IMG/VR virus record: IMGVR_UViG_3300047509_000054 | Location: 1-61,416 of that record | Direction: 5' to 3' (one strand) | DNA: 61,416 nt | Origin: a virus | Lineage: Duplodnaviria; Caudoviricetes | Shown here: positions 18,253 through 27,466 of the stretch, one piece after another | How positions within the stretch are numbered: the first letter of the stretch is position 1 | How the letters are laid out: each line of letters starts with the position of its first letter | Notes under the pieces: model-generated | Told to the model about the DNA's origin: nothing | The model's input: only the letters and a program-made list of their open reading frames with translations | Database searches by the model: none | Position numbers and translations under genes: made by a program

Positions 18253-19317
18253 TTACTGGAGGGGCGGGTTGCTGCCGGGGGTGTTCGGCCACGCCGCTCC
18301 GGTCAAGCCAGTGATGTGCGCCCCCGAACTCGGCTTGGCGCAGACGAGGTCGAGAGCCGTGATGAGGACGCCGATGTCCGCGATCTGGCCCTGCGGGATG
18401 GTCGACTCGAAGCCCGAGAACACGAAGGGCGCGTACTCGCTCAGATACATCGCCGTGTAGCGCGAGTTGAGCGTGTACATCTCGCCGCGCGGGCAGAACG
18501 GATCGGGGAAGAGCGGCGTGTCGAGAACCTGGATCGCGCGGAAGCCCGCGTTCACCACGTCGTCCTTCTGGTACTTCGACTTCGGCGTCGTCTGGTACAT
18601 CTCGTAGCCCATGAAATCCGTCATGAGCGAGGCCCAGTCGGCGGGGTTCATCACGGCGAAGTCGGGAGCCTCGCCGCCTGCCCCGGTCTGCACGCGGGTC
18701 AGCGTCACTGCCATGCCGGAGCGGTTCGAGATGCCGCCGGAGTTGGGCAGGAACTGACCCTGCCACCACACGTTCCCGGCCCGCGCGATGCCGCCGTAGC
18801 TCGGCGCGTTCGTCCCGTTGTCGAAAGCTTGGCTCAGAGAGTCGATGGCGCTCGGCTGCGCGAAATTGTTCGCGTAGAGCGATGTCGCAAGCGCCTGCTT
18901 GATCACCACCGCCGCGTCCGACATCACCGCCCGCAGCTTCGGGATGATCACCTCCGACGACTGGATAAGCGCCTCCATCCCGAAGAACCCGATCGGAACC
19001 ATCCCAAGTTTCAGGTTGAACATCGCGTTCTGAATCGCCGCCTGATCCTCCGGCATCGGGAAGTCGCCCGCGAAACCGCCCCACGAGAACGACGTGAACG
19101 CCGCGCCCTGTGCTGGGATCGTGATCTGAGGAGCGCCGCCCTTGGCCTTCTGCGCGTTCTGCAAAAACAGGCTAAGTAGCGGATGCGCTTGGTAAATTTG
19201 GACGAAAACCGAAGGCAAAACGGCCCTTCTTGTGAGCGCGGCGAGCTGCGCCCCTGCGGCACCACTAGGCAGAATTCCGCTGGAAACGGGGGTCTGGAAG
19301 GTCGTTGGGAGTGCCAT
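18253..19317 (-). CDS. Major capsid protein (HK97-like)
   Basis: 354 aa after the scaffold; 'DPFCPRGEMYTLNSRY', 'LVCAKPSSGAHITGLT' C-terminal pattern. Confidence 0.85.
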   Translation of the reverse strand: MALPTTFQTPVSSGILPSGAAGAQLAALTRRAVLPSVFVQIYQAHPLLSLFLQNAQKAKGGAPQITIPAQGAAFTSFSWGGFAGDFPMPEDQAAIQNAMFNLKLGMVPIGFFGMEALIQSSEVIIPKLRAVMSDAAVVIKQALATSLYANNFAQPSAIDSLSQAFDNGTNAPSYGGIARAGNVWWQGQFLPNSGGISNRSGMAVTLTRVQTGAGGEAPDFAVMNPADWASLMTDFMGYEMYQTTPKSKYQKDDVVNAGFRAIQVLDTPLFPDPFCPRGEMYTLNSRYTAMYLSEYAPFVFSGFESTIPQGQIADIGVLITALDLVCAKPSSGAHITGLTGAAWPNTPGSNPPLQ

Positions 19318-19370
19318 ATCTCAGATCTCCGTTACATTGCCATCAGGCCGGCGGCGGCCTTGTGGTGTGG

Positions 19371-19955
19371 TCACGCTGGATTTCCTCTCGCAAATTCGTC
19401 GAGAACTTCGGCGGCTTTGCGGTCATACCAGCGGATTGGGTCCTGATGCAGAAATGCAATGTCCTCGTCGTCGCTCTTGATGCCCGCGCCGAATAGGTTG
19501 AGGTCTGACGGCGCGTATGAGGAAGTCGTCGCCGGCTTGGCTCGCGGCTCGTGGTCGGTGACCCAAGCTGCGGCGGCGGCGGGATCGGGGTTTCCGGTGT
19601 CCTTCATGCGCTTGACGACCTTCGCCATGCCGTCGTCGGTGAGGCGGTATTCCTTCTGGGCGTCGGCGAGGGCTTTGTTGAGGTCGGCGTCCTCCTTCGA
19701 CTCCTTGTCGGCCTTCTCGCGTGCGTCGAGGCGATCTTCGAGGGTGCGGCGGGCTTTGCGTTCCTCTTCGAGTTCGGCCTTCACGGGGGCGAGCATCGGC
19801 TCGGCGATGTCGAGTTCTGGGATGCGCGAATCGGGGAGCTTTGCCTTGACCATTCGCTTGAAAGCAAGACCGTGCTCCTTGTCGTTCCAGATGCCGTCGA
19901 GGAGTTGCTGGGCACGTCGGAGGACGGCGAGTTCCTGATCGGAGATCTCTGGCAT
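19371..19955 (-). CDS. Scaffolding protein (putative)
   Basis: Charged coiled-coil directly upstream of MCP; GGAGG RBS. Confidence 0.65.
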   Translation of the reverse strand: MPEISDQELAVLRRAQQLLDGIWNDKEHGLAFKRMVKAKLPDSRIPELDIAEPMLAPVKAELEEERKARRTLEDRLDAREKADKESKEDADLNKALADAQKEYRLTDDGMAKVVKRMKDTGNPDPAAAAAWVTDHEPRAKPATTSSYAPSDLNLFGAGIKSDDEDIAFLHQDPIRWYDRKAAEVLDEFARGNPA

Positions 19956-19969
19956 CGTTCACGCCTCCG

Positions 19970-20158
19970 TCAGGTGGTCGACCGATTGGAAACGTGGTCA
20001 ATCCCCATGGGGCCGTCGCTGACGGTCTTCGGCAGGCCAGATGCGCGGGCGCCGATGCCCATCTTGTCCATCGGGACGCGCTTCATCATCGGGTCGTCGG
20101 CTTCAGTTGTGTTGACATAAGGCGCAGGGAACGAGGGGTTCGTCTTGTTGAGGGCCAT
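19970..20158 (-). CDS. Hypothetical head-module protein
   Basis: AGGAG RBS; in-operon. Confidence 0.7.
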   Translation of the reverse strand: MALNKTNPSFPAPYVNTTEADDPMMKRVPMDKMGIGARASGLPKTVSDGPMGIDHVSNRSTT

Positions 20159-20167
20159 CGGATACTC

Positions 20168-20581
20168 CTATGCGGGCGGTGCGCCGCCGCCGGCAGCGGG
20201 CGGGGCGGGCATCGCGGGGGATGGGGGAGCGCCGCCGCCCATGCGCGCGAGCGCGGCGTTCGGTGCGTTCTGCTTCATCTGCTGCATCATCTGGAGCAGC
20301 GATTGGACGGGGGGTCCGCCCTGCTGGCCTTCCTGATCGACGTGCTTGGAGAGGGTCTTGGCGACCGAGAGCACGTCGGTGTGGAGGGGCGATCCCATGG
20401 GGATCGAGGGCAGCGCGTCTTGCAGGGCTTGGAGGGCGACCTTGATCTTGCCGAGGCCGGCCATTGCGTTCCCGGCATTTCCCTGCGGCGCTGTAGGTCC
20501 GCCGAGGTTTGGCTTGGCGGTCGCCAGCGCCGGGGAGGCTGCCGGGGCGCCGCCTGCCGGGGAAGGCATTGGCAGGGGCAT
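20168..20581 (-). CDS. Pro/Gly/Gln-rich head-module protein
   Basis: AAGGA RBS; helical core with low-complexity ends. Confidence 0.65.
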   Translation of the reverse strand: MPLPMPSPAGGAPAASPALATAKPNLGGPTAPQGNAGNAMAGLGKIKVALQALQDALPSIPMGSPLHTDVLSVAKTLSKHVDQEGQQGGPPVQSLLQMMQQMKQNAPNAALARMGGGAPPSPAMPAPPAAGGGAPPA

Positions 20582-20662
20582 CGAGATCCTTGGTCGGGAG
20601 AACGGCGGGCGGAGCCGGGACGACACCGCCCGTCGATGTCAGGAAGTATCGCGCTGGGCGAT

Positions 20663-20698
20663 TTACTTCCGCTTGTGACGACGACGGCCGCGTGCCAT
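20663..20698 (-). CDS. 11-aa basic peptide MARGRRRHKRK
   Basis: AGGAG 7 nt upstream of ATG; TAA stop; first ORF of the capsid operon. Confidence 0.6.
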   Translation of the reverse strand: MARGRRRHKRK

Positions 20699-20869
20699 GG
20701 CGAGTCTCCTTTGCTGTGAGCGACCGCCAAAGTCTCAAGCCCGTATTCGGCGGTCAGGAATCCCCAAAGCGGGGGGTGTGAAACCCCTACGCGCGATGAG
20801 CAAATTGGACGAGAGTGGAAAATCGCGCTAGCGTGCGCTACTCGCCAAATAGCGCAGGGGTGCGTGAAG

Positions 20870-21070
20870 ATGCACACTGATCAGCAACGGTACACGTCGA
20901 AGGAAGTCGCGAAGATACTTGGCGTCTCGACAACGTGGCTTTATCGACGGCGCAAGGAAATTGGCACCGGCCCTGATTTCTTCAACTTCCGCCGTCGATA
21001 CTTCTACTACGAGAGCGACGTTGAGCGCTGGCGCGAGAGTCGCCGAAACCTCGGACAAATCGTGGCGTAG
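20870..21070 (+). CDS. AlpA/excisionase-like HTH protein
   Basis: 'YTSKEVAKILGVSTTWLYRRR...GP.F...Y...DVERW'. Confidence 0.75.
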   Translation: MHTDQQRYTSKEVAKILGVSTTWLYRRRKEIGTGPDFFNFRRRYFYYESDVERWRESRRNLGQIVA

Positions 21071-21101
21071 CCAAAATCGACAGAGCGAGTATGCTCGCCG
21101 G

Positions 21102-21350
21102 ATGCGCATCCCCGGCAAACTTTCCAGACGATCAATCCTTGGCGGGATAGCCGGGCTGCTGGCCGGGCCAGCCATAACTCGTGCAATCTCATCTCTGCCT
21201 GATATTGCGGCAACGGATCCAATCAAACGATTGGGAGCTTGGGCCACCTCTACCGTAGTTGCTGGGCAAATCACATCGGTTACGATAACGAACGGTGGCA
21301 GCGGCTATCGCGTGCCGCCAACCGTCACAATTTACGATCCAAACGCATGA
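21102..21350 (+). CDS. Small protein with Tat-like leader and one GSGY repeat
   Basis: 'LSRRSILGGIAGLLAGPA' then 'ITSVTITNGGSGYRVPPTVTI'; ATGA-coupled to portal. Confidence 0.6.
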   Translation: MRIPGKLSRRSILGGIAGLLAGPAITRAISSLPDIAATDPIKRLGAWATSTVVAGQITSVTITNGGSGYRVPPTVTIYDPNA

Positions 21351-23140
21351 GAATCCCCTCCCGCAACATCGCAGCATTCGCCAAGGAACTCGTCGACCGC
21401 TGCTCGATTTCACGTGAAACACGCATCGAACGCGGCCGCATGTACCGCAATTTGTTTCTGACCGGCGACGAGGGCGGCGACCCGGCGACCTACCCCCGGA
21501 CCTACGCCTACATCGACAACCTCTCGTCCTATCTCTACTCGCCGGTCGAACTGCGCTTCATCATCGAGCACTACGGGCAGGCGAACCCCGCCGACCGCGC
21601 AAAGGCCAGAGCCGCCGCGTCCGACCTCCACCGCAGATTCCGCGAGGCCGCGCTCGACACCGAAATCGAGGAGGCCGTCACATGGGCCCTCGTCAAGGGC
21701 AAGATGTTCGTCAAGCTGCTGTGGTCGCGCTGGGGCTTCGAGCCGATCCTCGTGCAGCCGGAGATGATGGGCGTCCTCGACGAATCAAAGGCCAGCCTCG
21801 ACCGGCAGGAGGCGTTCTGCCACACGACATTCATTTCCAAGGCCCAGTTCTACGATCTCATCGAACTCCACCCCGACCGCGCCGACCTCGAAAAGAAGGT
21901 CCAGCGATATCTCTCGCCGCGCAAGGGAGCCGAGGAGGCGCAGGGGAACGCCGTGCTGCGTCAGGTCATCCTCGGCGGGCTCTACCCCTACCAGACAGCC
22001 GGCAACGATAGCGTAGCGAAGCCGCGCGGGTTCGTAGACTGGCTCTCCGGCCCCGATCCCGTCATCAGCCCCGAAGTTCTCGGCGACCTCCTGCGGCTCG
22101 ACGAGCTATGGGTCTGGGACTCGGCGGAAGACGACTGGACGACGATCCAGATCATCGGCGAGGATTGCGTCATCGAAGGCAAGACGATGCACCGCAACAT
22201 CTTCGCCGACGCCATCGACACGAACCTCAAGCTCGACCACAAGGACAACCCGCTCAACGGGCACCATCCCTTCAACGAGATCTGCCCGAACCCGCTCAAC
22301 GGCTACTTCTGGGGCCGCTCGGAACTCTGCAACGTCGCGCTGCTGCAAAAGACGCTGAACATCAGGCTCAACGGCATCAACGCGCTGCTGCGCTTGCAGG
22401 AGAAGCCGTCGCGGCTGATGACCGGCGGGACGAGCCTCAATCAGAGCGCGATGAACAAGATCAGCAAGCCGGGCGGATACCTGACGGACTCGAACCCGAA
22501 CGCGAAGATCAGTTCTCTCGCGCCTGAGATCCCGGTCGGCCTCTACGAATCGCTGCACGAAAGCGAGCGCATGTTCGACCACATGGCCGGCACGCCGCCT
22601 GTCCTCCAGGGCCGGGGCGAGGGATCGGTCAGAGCGCAGGGCCACGCCGAGACGCTGACCCGAAACGCATCGCCCCGCTTCAAGGACCGGGCATTGTTGA
22701 TCGAGCGTCAGATCGAAGCCATCGGCGGCCTCGGGCTTGACATGCTCAAGGCACACGAACCGAAAGACCTCGTCGCTTGGGTCAAGCCGAACGACGCCGG
22801 CATCGAGACGGAGTTGAACGGCGTCGAGGACATCGAGCAGGCTCCCGCGCCGGGGATGCGGAGAATCGATTTCAAATACGCCGATCTTCGAGATTGCGCC
22901 GTCAGGGTCGACTCTCATTCCGCCTCCCCGGCCTTCGCGCATGAAAGCAAACAGCTTGCGTTTGATTTGTTGAAAGCCGGTGTCGCGCCGCCGCGCTACG
23001 TCGCCGAACATCTGCATCCTGCCGGCGAAGACGAATTGGTCACCGATTTGGAGCGTGCCGAAATTGACCGCGCGAAGATGATGCAGGAACATCCGGAACT
23101 CGCACTTAAATCAATCGAGGGCGGCAAAAAACGGAAATGA
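21347..23140 (+). CDS. Portal protein
   Basis: 597 aa; 'ALVKGKMFVKLLW', 'NGYFWGRSE', 'AG.PPVLQGRGE' features of P22/T7-type portals. Confidence 0.8.
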   Translation: MRIPSRNIAAFAKELVDRCSISRETRIERGRMYRNLFLTGDEGGDPATYPRTYAYIDNLSSYLYSPVELRFIIEHYGQANPADRAKARAAASDLHRRFREAALDTEIEEAVTWALVKGKMFVKLLWSRWGFEPILVQPEMMGVLDESKASLDRQEAFCHTTFISKAQFYDLIELHPDRADLEKKVQRYLSPRKGAEEAQGNAVLRQVILGGLYPYQTAGNDSVAKPRGFVDWLSGPDPVISPEVLGDLLRLDELWVWDSAEDDWTTIQIIGEDCVIEGKTMHRNIFADAIDTNLKLDHKDNPLNGHHPFNEICPNPLNGYFWGRSELCNVALLQKTLNIRLNGINALLRLQEKPSRLMTGGTSLNQSAMNKISKPGGYLTDSNPNAKISSLAPEIPVGLYESLHESERMFDHMAGTPPVLQGRGEGSVRAQGHAETLTRNASPRFKDRALLIERQIEAIGGLGLDMLKAHEPKDLVAWVKPNDAGIETELNGVEDIEQAPAPGMRRIDFKYADLRDCAVRVDSHSASPAFAHESKQLAFDLLKAGVAPPRYVAEHLHPAGEDELVTDLERAEIDRAKMMQEHPELALKSIEGGKKRK

Positions 23141-23180
23141 GCCGTTGACGCCGCGTGCGCGTCGTGTCAAAGCCGTCACG

Positions 23181-23615
23181 GCTACGAGAGGCCCGTTGTT
23201 GCCCGTCCCGGAAGTTCCCGGAACGGCATCGTCCGTTACGTCCGGTCAATGCCGGAGGGGTTGTGAGTGGCTGGTCCAGTTTCTGACCAGTAGTGCTAGG
23301 AATGCGAGGCCGGAGGGGTTTTGCTTTCTGCGGCCAGTTACGGCCCGTTCCAGATCGTCATGTTAAGGCTGGAGGGGCATCGAAGTGAAGCGTGCGTCGC
23401 GGAGCGGGAAGTTCAGGCTTTGCGCTGATCGGCTCCGCTCTGTAAGGCTGTCTTGTTCGGGCATATCCCGTTCGGGTCCGCCACGTTGTTGCTGCGCTAG
23501 TTAAGGCCGGCAGAGAGAATACGAAAGTCGGCGGTTGCCGGCGAGAGGCGGGGAGAGTCGTTGCTTGTCGCATCGAGGCTCGTATGTGATTGGAGCGTCA
23601 ACGACAGGCGTGGTA
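23181..23615 (+). ncRNA. Candidate large structured RNA downstream of portal
   Basis: No credible ORF; 5' and 3' ends complementary; at least 6 internal stems; strand tentative. Confidence 0.45.
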
Positions 23616-23625
23616 AGGCCGGCTT

Positions 23626-24639
23626 CTATCGTTGTAGAAGTCGGCCTCCTTCCTTTCTAACGCGATCTCGCCAATACGCCATCAGGTCCGCCATCGTCTG
23701 CGCGAACGGGATCTCGGGTTGCCACCCTGTGTGTGCGCGAAACTTTCTTGTGTCGGGGACCTGGAGGTCGGCGTCGATCGGGCGCAGGCGCTCGGGATCG
23801 ACCTCGATGGTGATCCTCACATCAGCCGTGGACATCCGAATCAGGTGGTGAGCGATGTCGCCCACGGTGCAGGTGTGCGTGCCGCCGATGTTATAGTAGG
23901 ATCCGGGAATCGGATTGACCGTCACGGCGATGTGGTAGGCTTTGGCGACATCGCGAACGTCGCAGAGGGTTCGGAGAGAGTCTAGGTTTCCGACCTTCAC
24001 GACAGGCGGAAGAAGTCCGGCTTCTATCATGCAAATTTGCTTGCTGAACGAACTTTCCATGAACACATCGCCCCGCCTTGGCCCGGTCGTCGTGAACATC
24101 CGCGTCGTCTGCGTGTTGATGCCGTAAGCCTCGGCGTAGAAGCGCCCGACGAGATCGGTGCCGGCCTTGCTGATCGCGTAGGGGCTCGCGGGATGGAACA
24201 GCGTCTCCTCGCCGATCGGCACCTTGTCCTTCGGCACGCGACCGAAGACCTCCGACGAGGAACAAACGTGGACGATCGCCTGTGGACAGAATTGCCGCAC
24301 GGCGTCGAGCAGCCGAGTCGTTCCCAAGATGTTCGTGTCGAGGGTGTCGAGCGGCGAGTCGAACGAGGTGCGCGGGAAACTCTGCGCGGCGAGGTGGAAG
24401 ACGTAATCCGGCGCCGCCTCCCTGACCACGCGCTGAATGCTGATTGTGTCCCTCAAATCGCCGCAGAGCAGATGCACCCGGTCCTTCGCGTTGATGCGCG
24501 GGATCAGCGTTTCGAGGTTGTCGAGCGGCGAGCGCCACCGCGTCATTCCGTACACGTCCCAATCGGTGTGCTCGACCAGGTACTCGGCGAGGTGGCTGCC
24601 GACGAATCCGGTGAGGCCCGTAATCAGCGCGCGGGTCAA
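23626..24639 (-). CDS. GDP-mannose 4,6-dehydratase / RMD-like extended SDR
   Basis: 'ALITGLTGFVGSHL', 'HLAAQS', 'SSSEVFG', 'SPYAISK', 'GNLDSLR'; TTG start overlaps the upstream stop. Confidence 0.85.
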   Translation of the reverse strand: MTRALITGLTGFVGSHLAEYLVEHTDWDVYGMTRWRSPLDNLETLIPRINAKDRVHLLCGDLRDTISIQRVVREAAPDYVFHLAAQSFPRTSFDSPLDTLDTNILGTTRLLDAVRQFCPQAIVHVCSSSEVFGRVPKDKVPIGEETLFHPASPYAISKAGTDLVGRFYAEAYGINTQTTRMFTTTGPRRGDVFMESSFSKQICMIEAGLLPPVVKVGNLDSLRTLCDVRDVAKAYHIAVTVNPIPGSYYNIGGTHTCTVGDIAHHLIRMSTADVRITIEVDPERLRPIDADLQVPDTRKFRAHTGWQPEIPFAQTMADLMAYWRDRVRKEGGRLLQR

Positions 24640-25757
24640 AGGACTAGCCGCATGACGGCGACGGCGCGTTCGATGAGGTCCGGAGCGGGCCAAGGCGGGT
24701 TGCCCAAGAACATGCCGGTGTCGTGAATGCGGTCAGCGTTGGGTGTGGACTGGTTCTGCCAGCGGGCCGAGTAGGGGTGGCGCAGGAAGCTACCGCCAGC
24801 GGGAAGGCGACAATCTATGCTCGCTGCCCGCAACGCCGTCACCAGCCGCAACCTCGTCGCGTTGTCGGTCACGCTGAACTGAAACCCAAACGGCGACATG
24901 AAACCGTTCTCTCTAACTGGCGTGATATCCAGATCCTTGGTGAGTCCGATGAAGTGCTGATAATTGTGACGACGCTCTGCGATGAAGCCGGGGAGTTTGC
25001 GAAGCTGCACGCGGGCGACTGCCGAGTTGACCTCGCTCGGACGGCAGTTGAACCCAAAAATCTCGAAGCGGTATTCGTCGTCGAACGTCTCCGCCTTCTG
25101 CACGTCGCGCGTCCAGCCGTGCGAGCGCAGCATCCTCAAGAGCCGATAGCACTCGGCGTCGTTTGTGCCAACGAGTCCCAGTTCTATCGCGCTGAGTTGA
25201 TGGCTGTAGAATCCGCTGAACGTGCTCATCAGTCCGAAGGTGCCGCAGAGCTTGCCGTCAACCGATGCGCCGAGGCTTTCACACGCATCCTCGATCAGGT
25301 ACGCCTTCGTGACGGCCGCCGCCTTTTCCCATCCAGCGTAATAGGCCGGATTGCCGAGAACAGGGCAGGTGACGATGAGGCGCGGGACCGGCGTCGAGGT
25401 GACGATCAGCGGCACCGCGTTCCAAGTCGCGTCGGTATCAGCCACGCGAAGGTCCAACCCACTCTGCACCAAAGGCGCAAACGTGGTCGCCCAAGCAATC
25501 GCCGGCACCACAGCGCGATCACCGACCCGCAGCGGATTGTCCTTGAGATGAAAGAGCGCGGCGGTGGCGATCTGATTGGCGGCCGACCCGGAGTTTGTCG
25601 CGACGGCGTACTTGCGCCCGATATACGCGGCGAACTCCGATTCCAGAGCCGCCGTCTCCTCGCCCATCGTGACCCATTCGGAGTCGAGGACGCGGTTGAT
25701 CGCCTCCCGCTCTAGCTTGTCCCAATGTGAATGCCCGGTAGGAAACTCATATGCCAT
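24636..25757 (-). CDS. ColD-like PLP-dependent 4-keto-6-deoxysugar 3-dehydratase (DegT/DnrJ family)
   Basis: 'NSGSAAN', 'EDACESLGA', 'FYSHQLSAIELG' with His at the Schiff-base Lys position, 'LRSHGWTRD'. Confidence 0.85.
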   Translation of the reverse strand: MAYEFPTGHSHWDKLEREAINRVLDSEWVTMGEETAALESEFAAYIGRKYAVATNSGSAANQIATAALFHLKDNPLRVGDRAVVPAIAWATTFAPLVQSGLDLRVADTDATWNAVPLIVTSTPVPRLIVTCPVLGNPAYYAGWEKAAAVTKAYLIEDACESLGASVDGKLCGTFGLMSTFSGFYSHQLSAIELGLVGTNDAECYRLLRMLRSHGWTRDVQKAETFDDEYRFEIFGFNCRPSEVNSAVARVQLRKLPGFIAERRHNYQHFIGLTKDLDITPVRENGFMSPFGFQFSVTDNATRLRLVTALRAASIDCRLPAGGSFLRHPYSARWQNQSTPNADRIHDTGMFLGNPPWPAPDLIERAVAVMRLVL

Positions 25758-25774
25758 TTCGCTAATCCTCTCTG

Positions 25775-25927
25775 AGTTGCCGGCTCGCACCCCTTAGCGT
25801 TAGCCGCGCCGACTGTCAGAAGATCGGCGGGAGATTCACGGTTTGCCCCTTGCATAATGCGGGGGAGGGCTGCTTGGTTCGCTGGGACGGCCGGCGCGTC
25901 CCCCAGGACGAATCTCCTATGGCAACT
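25775..25927 (-). other. Multi-stem intergenic element in the sugar operon
   Basis: AGTTGCC/GGCAACT closing stem, GGAGATTC/GAATCTCC and two further hairpins. Confidence 0.45.
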
Positions 25928-25928
25928 G

Positions 25929-26456
25929 CTACGCATAGAATTGCGTATATTCGACGAGTAAGGTTGAGCCCTCGTAGTCTAGGGCCTTGCGATATGCGGG
26001 GACAATCAACTCGTGGACGGCGAGGCGCTCGACGCGGATCGTCTTGAACATCATCTCAAACGCCCCGCTTGGATCGCCGAGGTGCTGACATCCAGCGTCC
26101 AGCGGGATCGGCGTGGCGACCGCTGTGCGAATGATGACGCGGGGCTTGTAGCCGCCATTTGAGAAGATCGGAATCTTGTCCAGTTGCTGCACCATCTGCG
26201 GCACGGCTTCGAGGAGAAACTGGATGCGTGGATAGACGCTGACCGGCAGTCCGCCAGCGATGGCAATGCCCGTCGCCATCCCGCATTGGAGATTCTCGGC
26301 GACGGGCATTTCGAGCAACTTCTCGGGGGGCAGGTGGCGGAACGTTTGGCTCATCGCCGTTCCGTCCGCCACAACGGCCTGCCCGATCACGATGGCTAGC
26401 GGATGCTCGCACACGAGACTCATCGCGTCGCAGATGGCTTTCGCGTAGGCGTTCAT
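25929..26456 (-). CDS. TPP-dependent enzyme, E1-beta/transketolase pyrimidine-binding domain (short)
   Basis: 'EMPVAENLQCGMATGIAIAG', 'PRVIIR', 'GCQH'. Confidence 0.85.
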   Translation of the reverse strand: MNAYAKAICDAMSLVCEHPLAIVIGQAVVADGTAMSQTFRHLPPEKLLEMPVAENLQCGMATGIAIAGGLPVSVYPRIQFLLEAVPQMVQQLDKIPIFSNGGYKPRVIIRTAVATPIPLDAGCQHLGDPSGAFEMMFKTIRVERLAVHELIVPAYRKALDYEGSTLLVEYTQFYA

Positions 26457-26629
26457 TCGTCGGTCGACATGTTGTTGGCAAATTGCCATCCATACTCGGA
26501 AATCGCCTCTTCGATCATGTCCCTAATGATCGCCATCTTGGTCTCGTTCGGCATGCCGTGCGTTGCCCATACTCGCGGATCGGCACACAACTCTTCGATC
26601 ACCTTGTCGGCGTATTGTCCTGCGGTCAT
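26453..26629 (-). CDS. Hypothetical protein (58 aa)
   Basis: Start and stop overlap both neighbours. Confidence 0.5.
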   Translation of the reverse strand: MTAGQYADKVIEELCADPRVWATHGMPNETKMAIIRDMIEEAISEYGWQFANNMSTDE

Positions 26630-27222
26630 TAGAACTGAATCCTCTTGCCACTTCCGGCGTGCGGCCAGGGACTTGAATAGACGAAGGTCGTAACGAAGTC
26701 GTCCTCGGGGTTAGCAATGCGCGGCCCCCACGTCTCCTCGGTATCCGAGCACACGCTTTTCCCGTTGTCCTCGCATACGAAGTGGATCGGAAGATCGTGG
26801 CCGGCGGCGTAGGACAGGCACTCGTGAAACATGCCGCCGCGCGCTGTCATATCGCCGCAGAACACCCAGACGCGGTTAGTCCCGCCCGATCTTTTGATCT
26901 CGAACGCGATGCCGAGCGCGATCGGAAGGATGCCGCCGACGATCGCCGAGGAGATCATGCGGTAAACGGGGAAACAGAGCGTCATGGATCGACCGGCCAT
27001 GATCTCGGCGCGCACTAGATCGGGCGGAATCCCGTGGAGCAGCGCGTGATAGTGACTACGCCAGTTCGAGCAAATCCAGTCGGCCCGGTCGATCGTCTCG
27101 AACACCTTGATGAGTTGGGCTTCGCAGCCGCCGTGCAGATGGATCGGCGCGCGTATCTCGCCGCGATTGAATCTCTCGGCGATATCGGCCTCGAACGCGA
27201 TGAGTTCCTCGTCGGTCATCAT
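26629..27222 (-). CDS. TPP-dependent enzyme, E1-alpha-like (short)
   Basis: 'HLHGGCEA', 'RSHYHALLHG', 'IVGGILPIALG', TPP motif 'GDM...EDN'. Confidence 0.85.
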   Translation of the reverse strand: MMTDEELIAFEADIAERFNRGEIRAPIHLHGGCEAQLIKVFETIDRADWICSNWRSHYHALLHGIPPDLVRAEIMAGRSMTLCFPVYRMISSAIVGGILPIALGIAFEIKRSGGTNRVWVFCGDMTARGGMFHECLSYAAGHDLPIHFVCEDNGKSVCSDTEETWGPRIANPEDDFVTTFVYSSPWPHAGSGKRIQF

Positions 27223-27440
27223 TTGCCGACCACCCTCACAGGCACGCCCATGATCATCAGCCCATCGACGGATCGAGGAATCGGTCGCGCGAGTTTTTTC
27301 TGGAGCAACTTCATCTCCTCGACCAGCGCGTCGTATTCGGCCTGAGTCACTGCGAGATAGGCCGGGGCGCGTCCTCCCGTCGCGTCCTGGTCGAGGACGA
27401 TCTTGCGTGCGATGGCGTGGGCGAGGGGCGTCGCGGTCAT
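27219..27440 (-). CDS. Hypothetical protein
   Basis: ATGA-coupled short ORF. Confidence 0.5.
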   Translation of the reverse strand: MTATPLAHAIARKIVLDQDATGGRAPAYLAVTQAEYDALVEEMKLLQKKLARPIPRSVDGLMIMGVPVRVVGK

Positions 27441-27466
27441 TCTTGGAACATCGGAGTTATCATCGT

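Noticed and set aside
20870-21070. Excisionase implying an integration module
   Set aside because: No tyrosine or serine integrase or att-like site was recognised; more likely a transcriptional regulator.
25929-27222. Pyruvate dehydrogenase as a central-metabolism auxiliary gene
   Set aside because: Both subunits are short, E2 and E3 are absent, and the context is nucleotide-sugar synthesis.
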